Shown here piece after piece: positions 38,202 to 51,080 of a stretch of 64,000 nucleotides of DNA (within the stretch, counting starts at the first letter, position 1; the number at the start of each line of letters is the position of its first letter). Both the position numbers and the translations under genes were made by a program. The notes under the pieces are model-generated. The model was given only the letters and a program-made list of their open reading frames with translations, was not told where the DNA came from and did no database searches. The stretch covers positions 21,330,495 through 21,394,494 of the forward strand of contig NC_069005.1 of the NCBI RefSeq assembly GCF_001194135.2, in the 5' to 3' direction. Source of the stretch: Octopus bimaculoides (lineage: Eukaryota).

Positions 38202-38599
38202 AACTGAGACTGGTTTGTTCTTATATCCAAAGGTGTTAATGAAGCTAGCTAGCATCACTTTGGATATAATGACAAACCAGTAACCTTCTAATTGAGTCCA
38301 GACACATTGGGGTCCTGGTCACTGTTACACTAACTTTCCACCCCAAACAGTACATCACACTGTACCAAAGATAAATTGGTGACTTCTTTGTGCTAATCCA
38401 TTCTTGGGAAGAGATGCCAAAAACTATGAATCCTTTAACAACATCCACTATAGTATGAAATCTTATCAACTACCAGGCAATTGGTGGTTCCTTACACTTG
38501 TTTCATTTTAGTGTATCCTTTGCTTCAGGACAGGCTACAATTCAGTTCTTCAAGGAACTGATATATGTTTCTCCATACAGATTCTTGTATCCATAAACT

Positions 38600-39189
38600 T
38601 TAACCATTTACCATTTAAACTAGCCATATCTAACCCAAATATTCTACCTGTTTTATGTTCAAACTGGCCAGATGTGGCCTCTTACACCAACTCTACAATA
38701 CCATTGTAAAAATTAACAGTTAACCTCATAAAAATCTCAAAGCTACAAACAAGGTAATGCATGATTAATTCAAAACAATGTGAGGAGTGGCTGTGTGGTA
38801 ACTAGCTTGCTTACCAACCACATGGTTCTGGGTTCAGTCCCACTGTGTGACACCTTGGGCAAGTGTCTATTACTATAGCCTCGGGCCGACCAAGACGGAA
38901 ACTGAAAGAAGCCTGTCGTATATATGTATATGTATGTATATATATGTCTGTGTTTGTCCCCCCCCCCCCAACATCGCTTGACAACCGATGCTGGTGTGTT
39001 TGTGTCCCCGTAACTTAGTGGTTCAGAAAAAAAGAGACCAATAGAGTAAGTAACTAGGCTTACAAAGAATAAGTCCCAGGGTTGATTTCCTCAACTAAAG
39101 GCGGTTCTCCAGCATGGCCGCAGTCAAATGACTGAAACAAGTAAAAGAGTATTACTTTTGACAGAATAATGTGAATGCTAAAGGATTAA
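38600..39189. mobile_element. MITE P1 carrying SINE A (~38783-39150)
   Basis: The MITE body aligns with the empty copies on both sides of the SINE. Confidence 0.7.
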
Positions 39190-41737
39190 ATACTAAGGAT
39201 AGATAAATATACAGATTAACTTGGGGAAAGTGCTGTCTGTTAGAGGCTATGGTCAATGCTATGTGGAAGGCAGACAAACACAAAGACATTACAGGACATC
39301 TACATTCAATGCCAAATGAAACAACAGGGTCGATGACAATGACAGCAAGTGTCATAAATCAACAGACTCCGAGGTCAACCAGGCAAATAGTAACAAAGAC
39401 AGTGACAGGACCAGCAAGGAGAACAGCAGTTGAAAAGAGTGAGAAAAACAAAACATGACCTCCCTCAGTGATAGTGAAGTTTGTTTAACAATTGTCAGTT
39501 CCCCTTACTATTGTGTTTTGTCTTTTCAAGAATGGAAAGTTGTTCTCTCAAAGATGTGGTTCTCATATCAATATTTTTCAACAGTACTCTGGTAATATTT
39601 TAAAAAAGATTTTTGAATGCTGCATAGAAAAAATGTTCCACTTCTCAACCAAGCTGAGAAGAAGTCATCTTTCTGATCTGTTAACAAAAGGTGTTGCAGT
39701 TTCAACCATAGATCTGCCCATTGTAGAAGTTGTCATTTTTCATCTTCATCTTTCTTCAAGCTTCATTCAAATGCATTTGGATCGTGGGATAAGATTTCTT
39801 TTAATGTAATGCCACTTTCTTTGTCCTATGAATGAGAGAAATCTGCTATTTTATGCTTCAAGGAATTGCATTGAAGCTAAATATATAAGCAGTTGAGCTG
39901 TTTTGAATTTCTGGTAGCTTGTATATGATATTCAGTAATCATTTACTCTCTCTCTCTCTCACTCACTCACTCACTCTCTTTCTCTCTCTTTCTGCTATTA
40001 ATATATATTCAAAATATATGGCTCTATCTTGTAAATTGCATAGAATCTTTTATAAATAAAATCTATTGCACACAGAAAAAAAAAAAACCTAGCAAATCTT
40101 CAAAATCAGACTGAAAATACATGTAAAAACGAATAGAGTGCTTTTGTATGAAATCTAACACGATTTCGGTCTTATTATATGAATGGTATTTTCACTTAGA
40201 TTTTTAAAAGTGGTTGGAAATAGTAAAAGAATTAAATAAAGTCAGTACTGTATATTTTCATTATTGTTATGTGTATTGTTGCAGTGGATTATGATGTTAT
40301 TTACCATTATTATACTGGCATTATTGTTAAATTTGTTATGGAAAAGTCAAGATAAATTTTCATGAAAAAAGACAAAAGCAGTTATGTGTGTTAGAGAGAG
40401 AGAGAGAGAGAAAGAAAGAGAGAGTGTGTTTGTAACTATATAAATGAAAGTATACATGTTTGAAAATAAATTGCATATAAACATACAGAATCATTGTTTC
40501 AAAAAATCATCATTTAAGAAGATATGAATACATAGAAATTCAAATAGGATATTTGGTTGAATAACCATTATTTGATATGATTTTGTTGTAAATGATATTT
40601 TACAATACATGCACATGTTTGCATGCATGCACACAAACACACACACGCACACAAACTAACTTAGATATGTTCTTGTGAGTTCCTAGTATATGTATGTGTG
40701 TGTAAGTGTACACACACATGCATTATAAATTTGAATGGATGCATTCAGAAACTAAAGAAAAGAAAAAAAAAAGGATTGGTGAATAGAAAAAGAGAAGAGG
40801 ATGTGTTCCAGAAAACTGAATGGAGTGAGATATGGTGAGATAAGGGGGAGAGAGAGAGGGAGAAAGAGTGAGTATCCTATTTGTGAATGAGTTAAGATGA
40901 AATTGTGTATTATCTTGTTATTGATGTTGAAGCCATCATATATTTTCCTTTCTGGCTATAAGTTTGTGCCAGTTGCTGTCAAGGCATCAGGTGTTCTAGG
41001 ACTACCCTGTACTACCAATCTCCTTTGCAAAATAGGGATAACAGTGGCCTGTGGAAGAAATGAGCCCCGCGAGGTGGAGTGGCTGTTGTAGCGAGTGTCC
41101 TTTACCATTCTCTGTGGCAACACCATTGCAGTCATTGCTGCAGGGCACAGCTGGGCACCCCACTTGTTCTGGGACGTGTAGCCCACAGCCCCTTCCCCCT
41201 CCATTTCCCACTGCTTTATCTTTTGTTTTACCTTTTCCTTTCTTATCTCTTGTCTTTCCTGTTTCTTTGTATCCTATGATAGTTGAAGGCTGGCAGAAAT
41301 GTTAGCATGCTGGACGAAATGCTTAGCAGTATTTTATCTGTTACTACATTCTGAGTTCAAATTTCGCCATGGTCGACTTTGCCTTTCATCCTTTTGGGGC
41401 TGATAAATTAATTACCAGTTGCGTACTGGAGTCGATCTAATTGACTGCCCCCCCCCACTCCCCCAAAATTTCAGGCCTTGTGCATAGAGTAGAAAAGATT
41501 CTATGGTGGTTGACTCTTCAGATTGAAAACTATGTTACTAACTGGGAAGAATAATGCACAGGTTAATAATGTTGAAGATGATTCTGTCTCAGTAATTTTG
41601 TGCATAGAAAGGTGATGGGGTTGTGCAATGATGCATTAATCAGGAGTTTACATTAGGTTTTGCGGTTGTTATAATTTTGCTCCATTTCGAAATTCTTGAA
41701 TTTTATATAGTGTTGAAAATGTTGGTGAACTCAATAA

Positions 41738-42217
41738 CACTGTTTGACACAATTTTTGTCCTTGGGTTACCAACTGTTATTTCCTATTTGCTTACCTCTA
41801 GAAAGCATGAAAAATGACTAATATTTTCTTAAAACTTTGCTTTTACATTTATTCAAACCCCAAAGAATCCCTCTCAACACTATTCCTGCTAGCGATCACA
41901 GGTTCACATATTGTCAACCACTACTCCTGCTCATGATCAGAAATGCACATATCGTCAGCCACTAACAAACATGTTCAAGTGGTTAAGGTCAAGCAGAATA
42001 TTTGCTATAACAATATTTCTAATCTAGCAACTCAGTACTAAATCTGTCTGAAATCTAATAGAAAATAGGTCAGTTTCAAAACACTTACGTCCGGGACAGA
42101 AAAGCAAAGCTTGAAGAGAATAATAGTAATTTTCTTTGATTTCTAGATAGAAGCAAATAGGAAATAATACTTACTGACCAAAGACAAAAAAGGAAATAAG
42201 AATTTTGTTACACAGTG
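41738..42217 (-). mobile_element. MITE-B copy
   Basis: Reverse complement of 50255-50735; ends ttttgttacacagtg|TA. Confidence 0.7.
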
Positions 42218-43371
42218 TAATTCATTCAGAGTATAGGTATTCTAGATAAATATTTGTGATTTCGTCAGGCAATGCTGCTAATGAATGTTTGGGTTTTCCT
42301 GTTGGTTTTTCTGGACAGTTCAAGGTGGAAGCTGCATATGTTACATATTTTTATGCTTTGATCTGTATGGATTTGGGTGATCATGTTTTAAAAAATGCTT
42401 GATAAGAAACATTACTCAGGTATGTTGCTTGAATTTGTTACTATGACATGACATGATGCGTAGTGTGATCATTGATATGTTGTAAATGCTTGTAATTATT
42501 TTTCTTTAGTGTTTCATGAGTTGTTTTCTTCATATTTGATACTATTGCCTATTATCTAACAAAAAAAAAAACAAACAAAAAACAAACCATAAAAAGTGAG
42601 GTTGATAGCCTTATGGATTTAGGTAGAGTTTTTTAGGAATTCCAGTCATGCCTTGCTTGTCTGGCTGATGACTTTTTTGATCTCTTTTCAATCATCATCA
42701 TCATCTAGTGCCTATTTTCCATGCTGGCATTGGTTAGAAGGTTTGATTGGAACTGGTAAACCAGAGCTGCACCAGGTTCCAGTTGGCTGTTTTAGCTCGG
42801 TTTCTACAGCTGGATGCCCTACCTAATGCCAGCCACTTCACGGAGTATACCAAGTGCCTTTTACATGTCATTGTTGCCACAAAGTCAATCTCATCAAGTG
42901 CCAACCAGTCACTATGAGGTTGGTTGGAAGCAAAGTAGAATGTTCTGAAATTCCTGGACTGAAAGCTATATGAACTACAAGGAGGTATACTAGTATACTG
43001 CTACCTCCTTGTAGACGTATGGATAATAACCATGTGGTGTTCATGGTTTTCATGCACTTAGTATAATTTTATAAAACCCCTATACAAACACTCCTGTCTG
43101 TATACCCTTGTATGAACCTCTTTTTTCATCCTATCCAACTATGTATATACCCCAGATGTACTTGTGTTGGCATCATTTTCATGGAATGCTGGATTATGAC
43201 TGTACTAGGAATAAGATGTGTGATAATGGATTACATGAAGCACCCCCTGGCCTCAACACCATCTGATCAATTATGCACAACACATGAAGTGATAATCTGG
43301 TTTACCTGTAATAATGCACCATTCAGTGAATGCACAGTGCATCCCCTATGACTGCTGACCAATTAAGCCTA

Positions 43372-44010
43372 TTAACACTTTTGATACCAACCCACCTGAA
43401 ACTACCTCCGGCTCTGTAGTACAAATGTCTTGTTTTCAAAAGTTCTGAATTAAAATCTCCTACCAAACCTTAATCACAACTTATGTTCCTAACACTAGCT
43501 TAATGATGACAAAGTTATTTTACTAAATTCTTTATTATATTTAACCCTTTCATTACCAACCTGGCTGAAATCGCCTCTGACTCTGTAGTACAAATGACTT
43601 GTTTTCAAAAGTTCTGAATTAAAATCTTCCACCAGACCTTAGTCACAATTTATGTTCCTAACACTAGCTTAATGATAANNNNNNNNNNGAATTAAAATCT
43701 CCTACCAAACCTTAATCACAACTTATGTTCCTAACACTAGCTTAATGATGACAAAGTTATTTTACTAAATTCTTTATTATATTTAACCCTTTCATTACCA
43801 ACCTGGCTGAAATCGCCTCTGACTCTGTAGTACAAATGACTTGTTTTCAAAAGTTCTGAATTAAAATCTTCCACCAGACCTTAGTCACAATTTATGTTCC
43901 TAACACTAGCTTAATGATAACAAAGTTATTTTACTAAATTCTTTGTTATATTTAAAATTAATTAAACGAAACACAGCATCTCAACAGAAATATGGTAACA
44001 AAAGGGTTAA
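43372..44010. mobile_element. piggyBac-like MITE P2, head-to-tail dimer with a probable assembly duplication at the 10-N gap
   Basis: TTAACCCTTTCATTACCAAC...GGTAACAAAAGGGTTAA. Single copy at 61656-61834; fragments at 24360-24430 and ~27055-27135. Confidence 0.7.
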
Positions 44011-44516
44011 GTTACAGGTTTGAATGAACCTACATAACTTACTTGGATAGTCTACCTTTTCTTCTTTTTTGTGAATATACCTATGAACTTATAGCTATGT
44101 AACAGTGGGTATGCATTTTCAGGGTGGTGGAGTAGTGTAACTTAAGAAACTTTTCTTGCTGTATGTTACAATATTGCAGAGATCCTTGAACATATATATA
44201 TGTACCAATATGTGTACCTGGATGCTTCAGTGACTGTATATGTGTATGTCTGTGTGTGGATACTTAGGTCTGGCATAGTGCGCATGGGTATTTTATATGG
44301 GATGTAAATGTTCATGAATGATAGGGTGAGGAGTGGGCAATACACCATATGCCACTTACCACATACTATGGAAATTCCTGTGAACACACAATTTGCTTGT
44401 TTGCCAGAGAGCAGAATGTTTGATGTTGAAACCATAAACTTGTCAATGAACTGACCATTTGCTTCCTTTGCCTTTGATTTGTAATGGGTTGCACATACTA
44501 TAGCTGTTATTCTTGA

Positions 44517-44564
<48 letters not shown>

Positions 44565-44790
44565 GTAAGGTGGTGAGCTGACAGAATCATCAGCACACTG
44601 GATGAAATGCTTGTCAGTATTTCGTCTGCCACTATATTCTGAGTTCAAATTCTGCTGCGGTTGACTTTGCCTTTTATCTGTTCGGGGGTCGATTAATTAA
44701 GTACCAGTTGCACACTGGGGTCGATCTAATCGACTGGCACCCTCCCCCAAAATTTCAGGCTTTGTGCCTATAGTAGAAAGGATTATTATT
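44565..44790 (+). mobile_element. SINE B' (same head and centre as B; alternative tail ccccaaaatttcaggccttgtgcc...gattattatt)
   Basis: Flanked by (TTA)n. Other copies at about 12876-13078(-), 22660-22835(+), 36020-36226(-), 41285-41500(+), 51975-52390(+, two), 55605-55803(-) and 59815-59910(+ tail). Confidence 0.8.
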
Positions 44791-44889
44791 ATTAGAAAAT
44801 TACTATTTTTAAATCTCACAACGAGAGATATTCAGCAACAGTACTTTGGAGTAAAGATTTTTTTTGCCAACATAACATGGCAGTCCTGA

Positions 44890-45160
44890 TTTAGGATGAA
44901 TGTTGCTGTAATTTAGCCCCAGGAGACATCGTCTCCAGCTGGCAATACGACATGATCTGTGTCCTTATATTTTCAAACAAGGGAATCTAACACCCCCACC
45001 CAGCTCAAAACAATATCTATGTATTGCGATTTCTGATATTTTTAAAAAAAGTAATTTTCTAATTTATAAATCAGTGACTAGTTGTCACTTTGAAAACTAT
45101 ATATTTCAAACGGGAATTCTTCTGTGCTGATGAAGGGAAATAACCCAGAAATCACGATGA
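44890..45160. mobile_element. Rearranged, decayed relative of the 18121-18408 element, including a truncated hammerhead (45127-45151)
   Basis: 44890-44980 (taggatgaatgttgctgtaatttagccccaggagacatcgtctccagctggc) is the reverse complement of ~18275-18375. 45127-45151 CTGATGA-AGGGaaataaCCCA-GAAA matches the 5' half of the ribozyme but stem III and the cleavage site are deleted; atcacgatga follows as at ~18255. Confidence 0.55.
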
Positions 45161-45194
45161 CAATCTAGGGACATTCCATGACTACCAATGAGAT

Positions 45195-45400
45195 TGATCA
45201 GGTACCGGACAAGGATTCTGGATTATTTTCTCAATGTTTTTAATTTTTGAGAGTTATCGGGTTCATTTTTAATATTCTCATTTGTGAGAGCAGTCGAGTT
45301 TATTTCAGATATTCTCATTTTAAAAATCATTTCCGGCTAATCGTTGAGAGAACGTTGGCGTTGCCTTGGCAGAGGTTTGCGCTCTCTGAGTGCTCTTGTT
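45195..45400 (+). mobile_element. Helentron/DINE-like non-autonomous element, 3' part
   Basis: Ends GCCTTGGCAGAGG (subterminal-repeat-like) followed by the hairpin GCGCTC-tct-GAGTGC and tcttgtt, the typical 3' layout as I recall it. No 5' subTIR found. Confidence 0.4.
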
Positions 45401-45677
45401 ATTATTATTCATTATTATTATTATTGTCATTGTTACTGTGGCCGGTATTGTTGTTGTTGATGTTGTCCCCATCATTGAGTCCACATGATTCTGGTTATCA
45501 ATTTTCTTTCATTCTCGATTGTGCATATATAGGAATAGTTTTGATTGTGTAGCTGTATCTGCACATATGGGTGTGAATGAGTGTGGCCTGAACCTTTCTA
45601 CTGTTTACTATGTCCTGTTGCTCTGTATTCCACCACTCTACTGATGTTGTTGATAACTATACTATACTTTATTTTTC

Positions 45678-45779
45678 TTGCTAAGCACTGACGAAGTGTT
45701 TGATAAGATTATGTAATTTTCAACCAGTAGTTATGTAATCCTAACAGTTGATTTATTGAAACACGTGTATGTTTTGCAA
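45678..45779 (+). ncRNA. Type I hammerhead-like motif with extended stem II insert, predicted cleavage after A45769 (GUA)
   Basis: Stem I TTGCTAAGCA(45678-87)/TGTTTTGCAA(45770-79) pairs 9 of 10 positions, one a G-U. CTGACGA at 45688-94, GAAA at 45758-61, then C-[ACGT palindrome]-G-TA. Stem II is only about 4 bp with two G-U pairs and closes a ~55-nt loop. Confidence 0.55.
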
Positions 45780-47572
45780 AGCAAAAAATATCATATATGT
45801 TTTCTGTATTTTATTAATACTATTACATGGCTTGTATTCTGCACATGAGCATATCCCGTGATACCCTTTGTCTGATTACACTGGATATAGGAGTGGGGTG
45901 GGGAACATACTACAAAGCCTGAACTTTTTATTACATTACATTTTATATTTTGTGTGTGTGCACGCATGCCTTCACGTCTGTGTGTATGTGTGTATATGCA
46001 TATATAAAATCTTTCATAAGTTAAACCATTACAGAATATAAAGAGTTCCTTGTTAGAGGTATATATTGATTGAGTTCTTGAGCAATAACATTTATTCTAT
46101 ATGTGATGTTAGTTAATCAATAAATACATTTCCCTCTCTTTTTTTTTTTTCCTGATATGTCTAAGTGGAAACTACTTATATTTTATCATTTGTTTACATC
46201 TCTCTGAAACATATTCCAGTTGTGAATATCTACTTATTGATTTGTTTGTGTATGGAACCTAATTAGATTACTTTGTATTTTCAACTTTTTTTTTTTGGTG
46301 AAATTTAATTAAGAAATTTGTACTTTCCATCAAAATGAAAAGCATTTACAATATTATTAACCTTTTCCAAATCATAACTTTTTCAAATTGATTTCATTAG
46401 TTTTCCTTCCTATTTATTAGGTAAAAGAAACAAAATACATCAAAGTAAAGGTATTTAATAGTATTTATTTATCATAGTTCTGATATTTAAAAAAAAAAAA
46501 AAAGAAGGCAAGTTAAAATGTCATGTTCAGTAAGATACATATCTTAATAAAAGCTTTGTGAATTTTTGTTGATTAAAATTTATATAATATTGCGAATCTG
46601 TTTTGATTTTTTAAATTTATTTAATAGCTATTCAGGCAACTTGAAAAGCTAACCATATGTAATTTTTTATGAATATCTGACAACAATTTTCACGTGGTTT
46701 CCGGATTGTACATTCAAATAAGTCCTATTTCTTTTAAGAAGTTAATCTGAGGAGGCATATCAGTAAGCATAGCTTTATCAGGCTATTCCCAATAATAGAG
46801 GTTATGATTAATTAGGTTAGCTTAAATGTAGTTATCAATGGTTTTAACTAAATGGACTCTTACAGATTCTGTGGTTGAAGATGTAGAAGAATGCAATATA
46901 TATATAAAAAAAAATAGATTCCAATTTTTAAAGTTTCTGCTCTTTATTTTCACAAGACGGCAGTGATTTTGTTCCTTTCTTTCAATTTATTACTTTAATA
47001 TTATATTTTGCACTTAATGACTTTTTATAATCATGGTATTAATGCAGTAAGTAGATCATCGTTATCAGCAGCAAGAGCATTTATCATCTTGATGTTTGTT
47101 TTTCTGTACCAACTTTACAGATGTGAATTATAACATACTTTGAGCTATAATAATCTTTGGTTTTTCATGATTTCCACTTATCAAGTCTTTCTTGGTTCAT
47201 TTCCACCACACTTCCCACAGATACACTTCACATCCAACTCCTGGGACTTTTTTGCTCAATATATTTCATCCATTCATATCACTTGTGACCATCTCATCTG
47301 CACACACAATCCAATGACTTTTATAATTATCCACTTGCTTAGTTCAATTGTGCTTGGTCTTTTCCTATCAGTTAGCCAATACTAGTTTTCTCTGATCCTA
47401 CTGTTTACTTTTTTTCTATAAGTCCATGTTGTACGTGGATGCTGAAGATGTGACAACTGAACGTTTTACTCAATCTTAGGAACAAGCTGACTTAAGTTAG
47501 GAAATTTATATACTGTGGAAGGAAGTGATACAGAAGTAAATGAAAACCAGAAGTACAAGACCGCAGTGAATA

Positions 47573-48019
47573 CAGGTCATCGTTGACGTACAACCTATCC
47601 GACTTCTGACCAATCGACTTTACAATGATTGGCACGCCAACTCCCGGCAGCAATAATAAATAGTCCAGTTGAAACCTAATCGGTTTAATTTCTTAGAAAT
47701 TAACCCATCTACGGATGATGTCAGCTAACAAATGCTTCCCTTAGGAATGGTTATTGATCGCCACTGTGGTTATCCCAAGTGTTGGATCAATATCCTGTCG
47801 CAGAGACATCAAGGCACTGCTTGAGACTCCAAAACTTTTGTCTAACACCAGTATAATAGTATAATACAGAATGCTGTGTGTGACTTTTACTTGAGAATGT
47901 ATCTTAAAAATGTAAAAATATAAAACAAAGCTATGTAGACCTACAGGCCGACTTACGACCAAATTGACTTACGACCAGTCAGTCGGAACCAATTGTGGTC
48001 GTAAGTCGACGACGACCTG
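47573..48019. mobile_element. Tigger/pogo-like MITE
   Basis: TA|CAGGTCATCGTTGACGTACAACC ... GGTCGTAAGTCGACGACGACCTG|TA; subterminal gacttacgacc repeats. Confidence 0.8.
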
Positions 48020-49847
48020 TAATGGGTTAGGAACATCATTACAACAGTTCATACACACATATCCATTTAGCTAAACTTAACTTATTTCTAGTTGCTAATT
48101 TCAGTGCTTTCTTGCCTTTCTGGAAAAAATTGTCATTACGCTAATGACTTTTCCTCTCATTACTAATTTACTTTCACATGGCTAAAAATTCTGTTTGGCT
48201 CACTGCAACAAGTATGTTAACTTATACCTTACTATATATTCTTCATGCAGAAGTTGCCTGTGAGAAATTCTTTAATGTCATTATATAATAAAAGTTTGTC
48301 AAAATAATTTTTGGCTACTATAAAATACTTCCACAAGGTAGAATTCTCTGGAAACAGTTATCCTGTATGTAAGCACTATGAACTTTCTCTCTTTCCTCTC
48401 TATTGCTAAACTGCCAAAACTCTCTGAAGAAAAGAAGAAAGAAAAAAAACCCCACACATTCCATGAATTTTCTTCAGGCTAATTATTTCTATCTTTAATA
48501 AAATGTCTCACTTCATAAAATGTTTCATTAATAAATCACAGGTTATATTATGCTGACAAGTCCAACTAAAAACTGAAATAGTGCTATACATGATAATCAT
48601 GAACTAGAAATTCACAAATAAATAAATAAATAAATACATAAATTTGTGAATTCTATGAATGTTTTACTTTATATTTCCTTACTTTCAAATACAAATTTCT
48701 AATCCTAATAATTATGTAGAAATGATTACCTTGGAATAACTGTGTCCACTAGGGAAAAGACATGTAATGTTTAAGATAATTATCATAATGAAATTTATTT
48801 AACTTAAAATGAAAAATATACGAGATATATATATTATATATAACTCTTTCTGTTGTTTTACAGCCATTTCTGCATATTTGCAAGCATGAAATGGTGTATT
48901 TGATGATGCAGTTAGTTTTACTGCTTTGTATCCTGTTTGGTCAACGCCATCATCCTCATCATCTAACATTCAATTTCATTGCTGGCATGGGTTGGACATC
49001 TTGACAGGAACTAGCAAGGCCAGGGGCTGCACCAGATTCCACAGTCTGTTTTGGTTTTTATGGCTGAATGCCTTTCCTAATACCAACCACACCACAGGGT
49101 GTACTGGGTGCTTTTTACGTGGTAACAGCACCCACACCAATGCTTTTTACATGGTACCCTGATTTTAGGAACTCAGTTCTGTTGTGGTGCGGCAGGTCTT
49201 CTTGAGTATAGCAATGTACCACATATTTCAGTCTTCTGTCATCTCCTTCATAAGGCTCAGTGTTTTGAGGAAAATTGCAGTTATATACTTTGCTGAGGAC
49301 TTCATTGCAGCAACATTCTAAGAATTGAAGCTCTGACCATGTAGACCAACACTTTAACTTCACTATCATGTTTTCCTAATATTTATGTATTCTATCACTG
49401 TTTTATAACATTCACTTTTCCTTGTTTACATGAGTGAAACTCTGTTTGTTGAGGTAGAATTTCTTATTTCTTTATTGCCCACAAGGGGCTAAACATAGAG
49501 GGGACAAACAAGGACAGACAAAGGGATTAAATCGATTACATCGATCCCAGTACGTAACTGGTACTTAATTNNNNNNNNNNAACAAGGACAGACAAAGGGA
49601 TTAAATCGATTACATCGATCCCAGTACGTAACTGGTACTTAATTTATCGACCCTGAAAGGATGAAAGGCAAAATCGACCTCAGCGGAATTTGAACGCAGA
49701 ATGTATATATATATACCGCCTGACTGGCCTTTGTAGGGTTTTCGAGCGAGATCGTTGCCAGTGCCCCTGGACTGGCTCTTGTGCGGGTGGCACATAAAAG
49801 ACACCATTTCGAGCGTGGCCGTTTTCGTGCGGGTGTAGCCAAGACAA

Positions 49848-49878
<31 letters not shown>

Positions 49879-50254
49879 TACATATTTATACACGATTGGC
49901 TTCTTTCAGTTTCTCTACCAAATCCACTCAGAAAACTTTCGTCAGTCTGAGGTTATAGTAGAAGACTCTTATCCAAAATGCCATGCAGTTGGAATTTGAA
50001 CTTCTTAACTGCACAGCTATGGCTGTGTCCTTGCATTGCCTGCATCTATATATATACACAAAACATAAGTCATCATAAATACATATATAGGTGCATGGTT
50101 TCATATTTGCAGACATATACATTACTTTGTTTATCTTAAAGTATAAATAAATTTGTTTTAATGATTATTTGTTAAAAACAAATATTGCTATTTTGAAAAT
50201 AGGAAAATAATAATTGGATGACCTATATAGACTTGTTTTATATTACATGCGTTA

Positions 50255-50735
50255 CACTGTGAAACAAAATTTTTATTTATTTATTCTTGTGTTTGGTCAG
50301 TAAGTGTTATTTCCTATTTGCTTCTATCTAGAAATCAAAGGAAATGACTACTATTCCCTTCAAACTTTGCTTTTCTGTCCTGGACATCAATGTTTTGAAA
50401 CTGATCTATTTTCCATTAGATTTCAAACAGATTTAGTACTGAGTTGCTAAATTAGAAATATTATTATAGCAAATATTCTGCTCAATAATATAGATTTGCT
50501 TGACCGTAACCACTTGAGTATGTTTGTTAGTGGTTGACGATATGCACATCGCTGATCATGAGCAGTAGTAGTGGGGGAGCATCATAGCCATGTGTTGAGG
50601 AGGATTCTTTGGGGTTTGGATAAATGTTAGAAAAGCAATATTTGAAGGAAATATGAGCCATTTTTATACTTCCTAGAGGTAAGCAAATAGGAAATAACAG
50701 TTGCAACCCAAGGACAAAAGTTGTGCTACACAGTA
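50255..50735 (+). mobile_element. MITE-B (TA-flanked, CACTGTG termini, subterminal TGTTATTTCCTATTTGCTT inverted repeats)
   Basis: Uninterrupted ~480-bp copy; aligns with 41738-42217 (reverse), 19645-20865 (interrupted) and 59124-59183 (left end only). Confidence 0.75.
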
Positions 50736-51080
50736 CTTTATGAATTAAATCTGCAGTGAAGGAGGCTTAGGAAGGCCTTCTGCTAGGTAAAAAGAAAGCA
50801 AAAATGAGGGTAACTGAAAGCTGCTGGCTTTTGAGATGAAGAGTATGACTACTGCTACAATTTTACTCACAGCACTAGTGGTTGAAGCTCTGAGGATAGC
50901 CAAAGTGGACAGAGATCAATGAAATCACTTCATTCTTAGAACCATTAGCACCAAGCACTGATGGGGTATGGAGTCAAGAGGCCAAGAGTCTCCTTCAGCA
51001 CTGAGTTGATCAAACAGCAGTTCCACCCCATTCACCAACTTGCAGGAGAGGAGAGCAAAATATTAATAATAATAATAATA

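Noticed and set aside
39240-39810. ORFs at 39249-39458 and 39492-39809 as exons or transposase relics
   Set aside because: No convincing motif or splice-site pair in any frame.
41060-41110. HDV-like ribozyme on the minus strand
   Set aside because: An L3-like ACCTCGC is present, but P1, P1.1 and P2 pairings could not be completed.
50880-51062. Possible CRE-type restriction-like endonuclease tail (EPLAPSTDGVWSQEAKSLL...RRGEQNI)
   Set aside because: Short, stop-interrupted and only loosely similar; needs an HMM search before it can be called.
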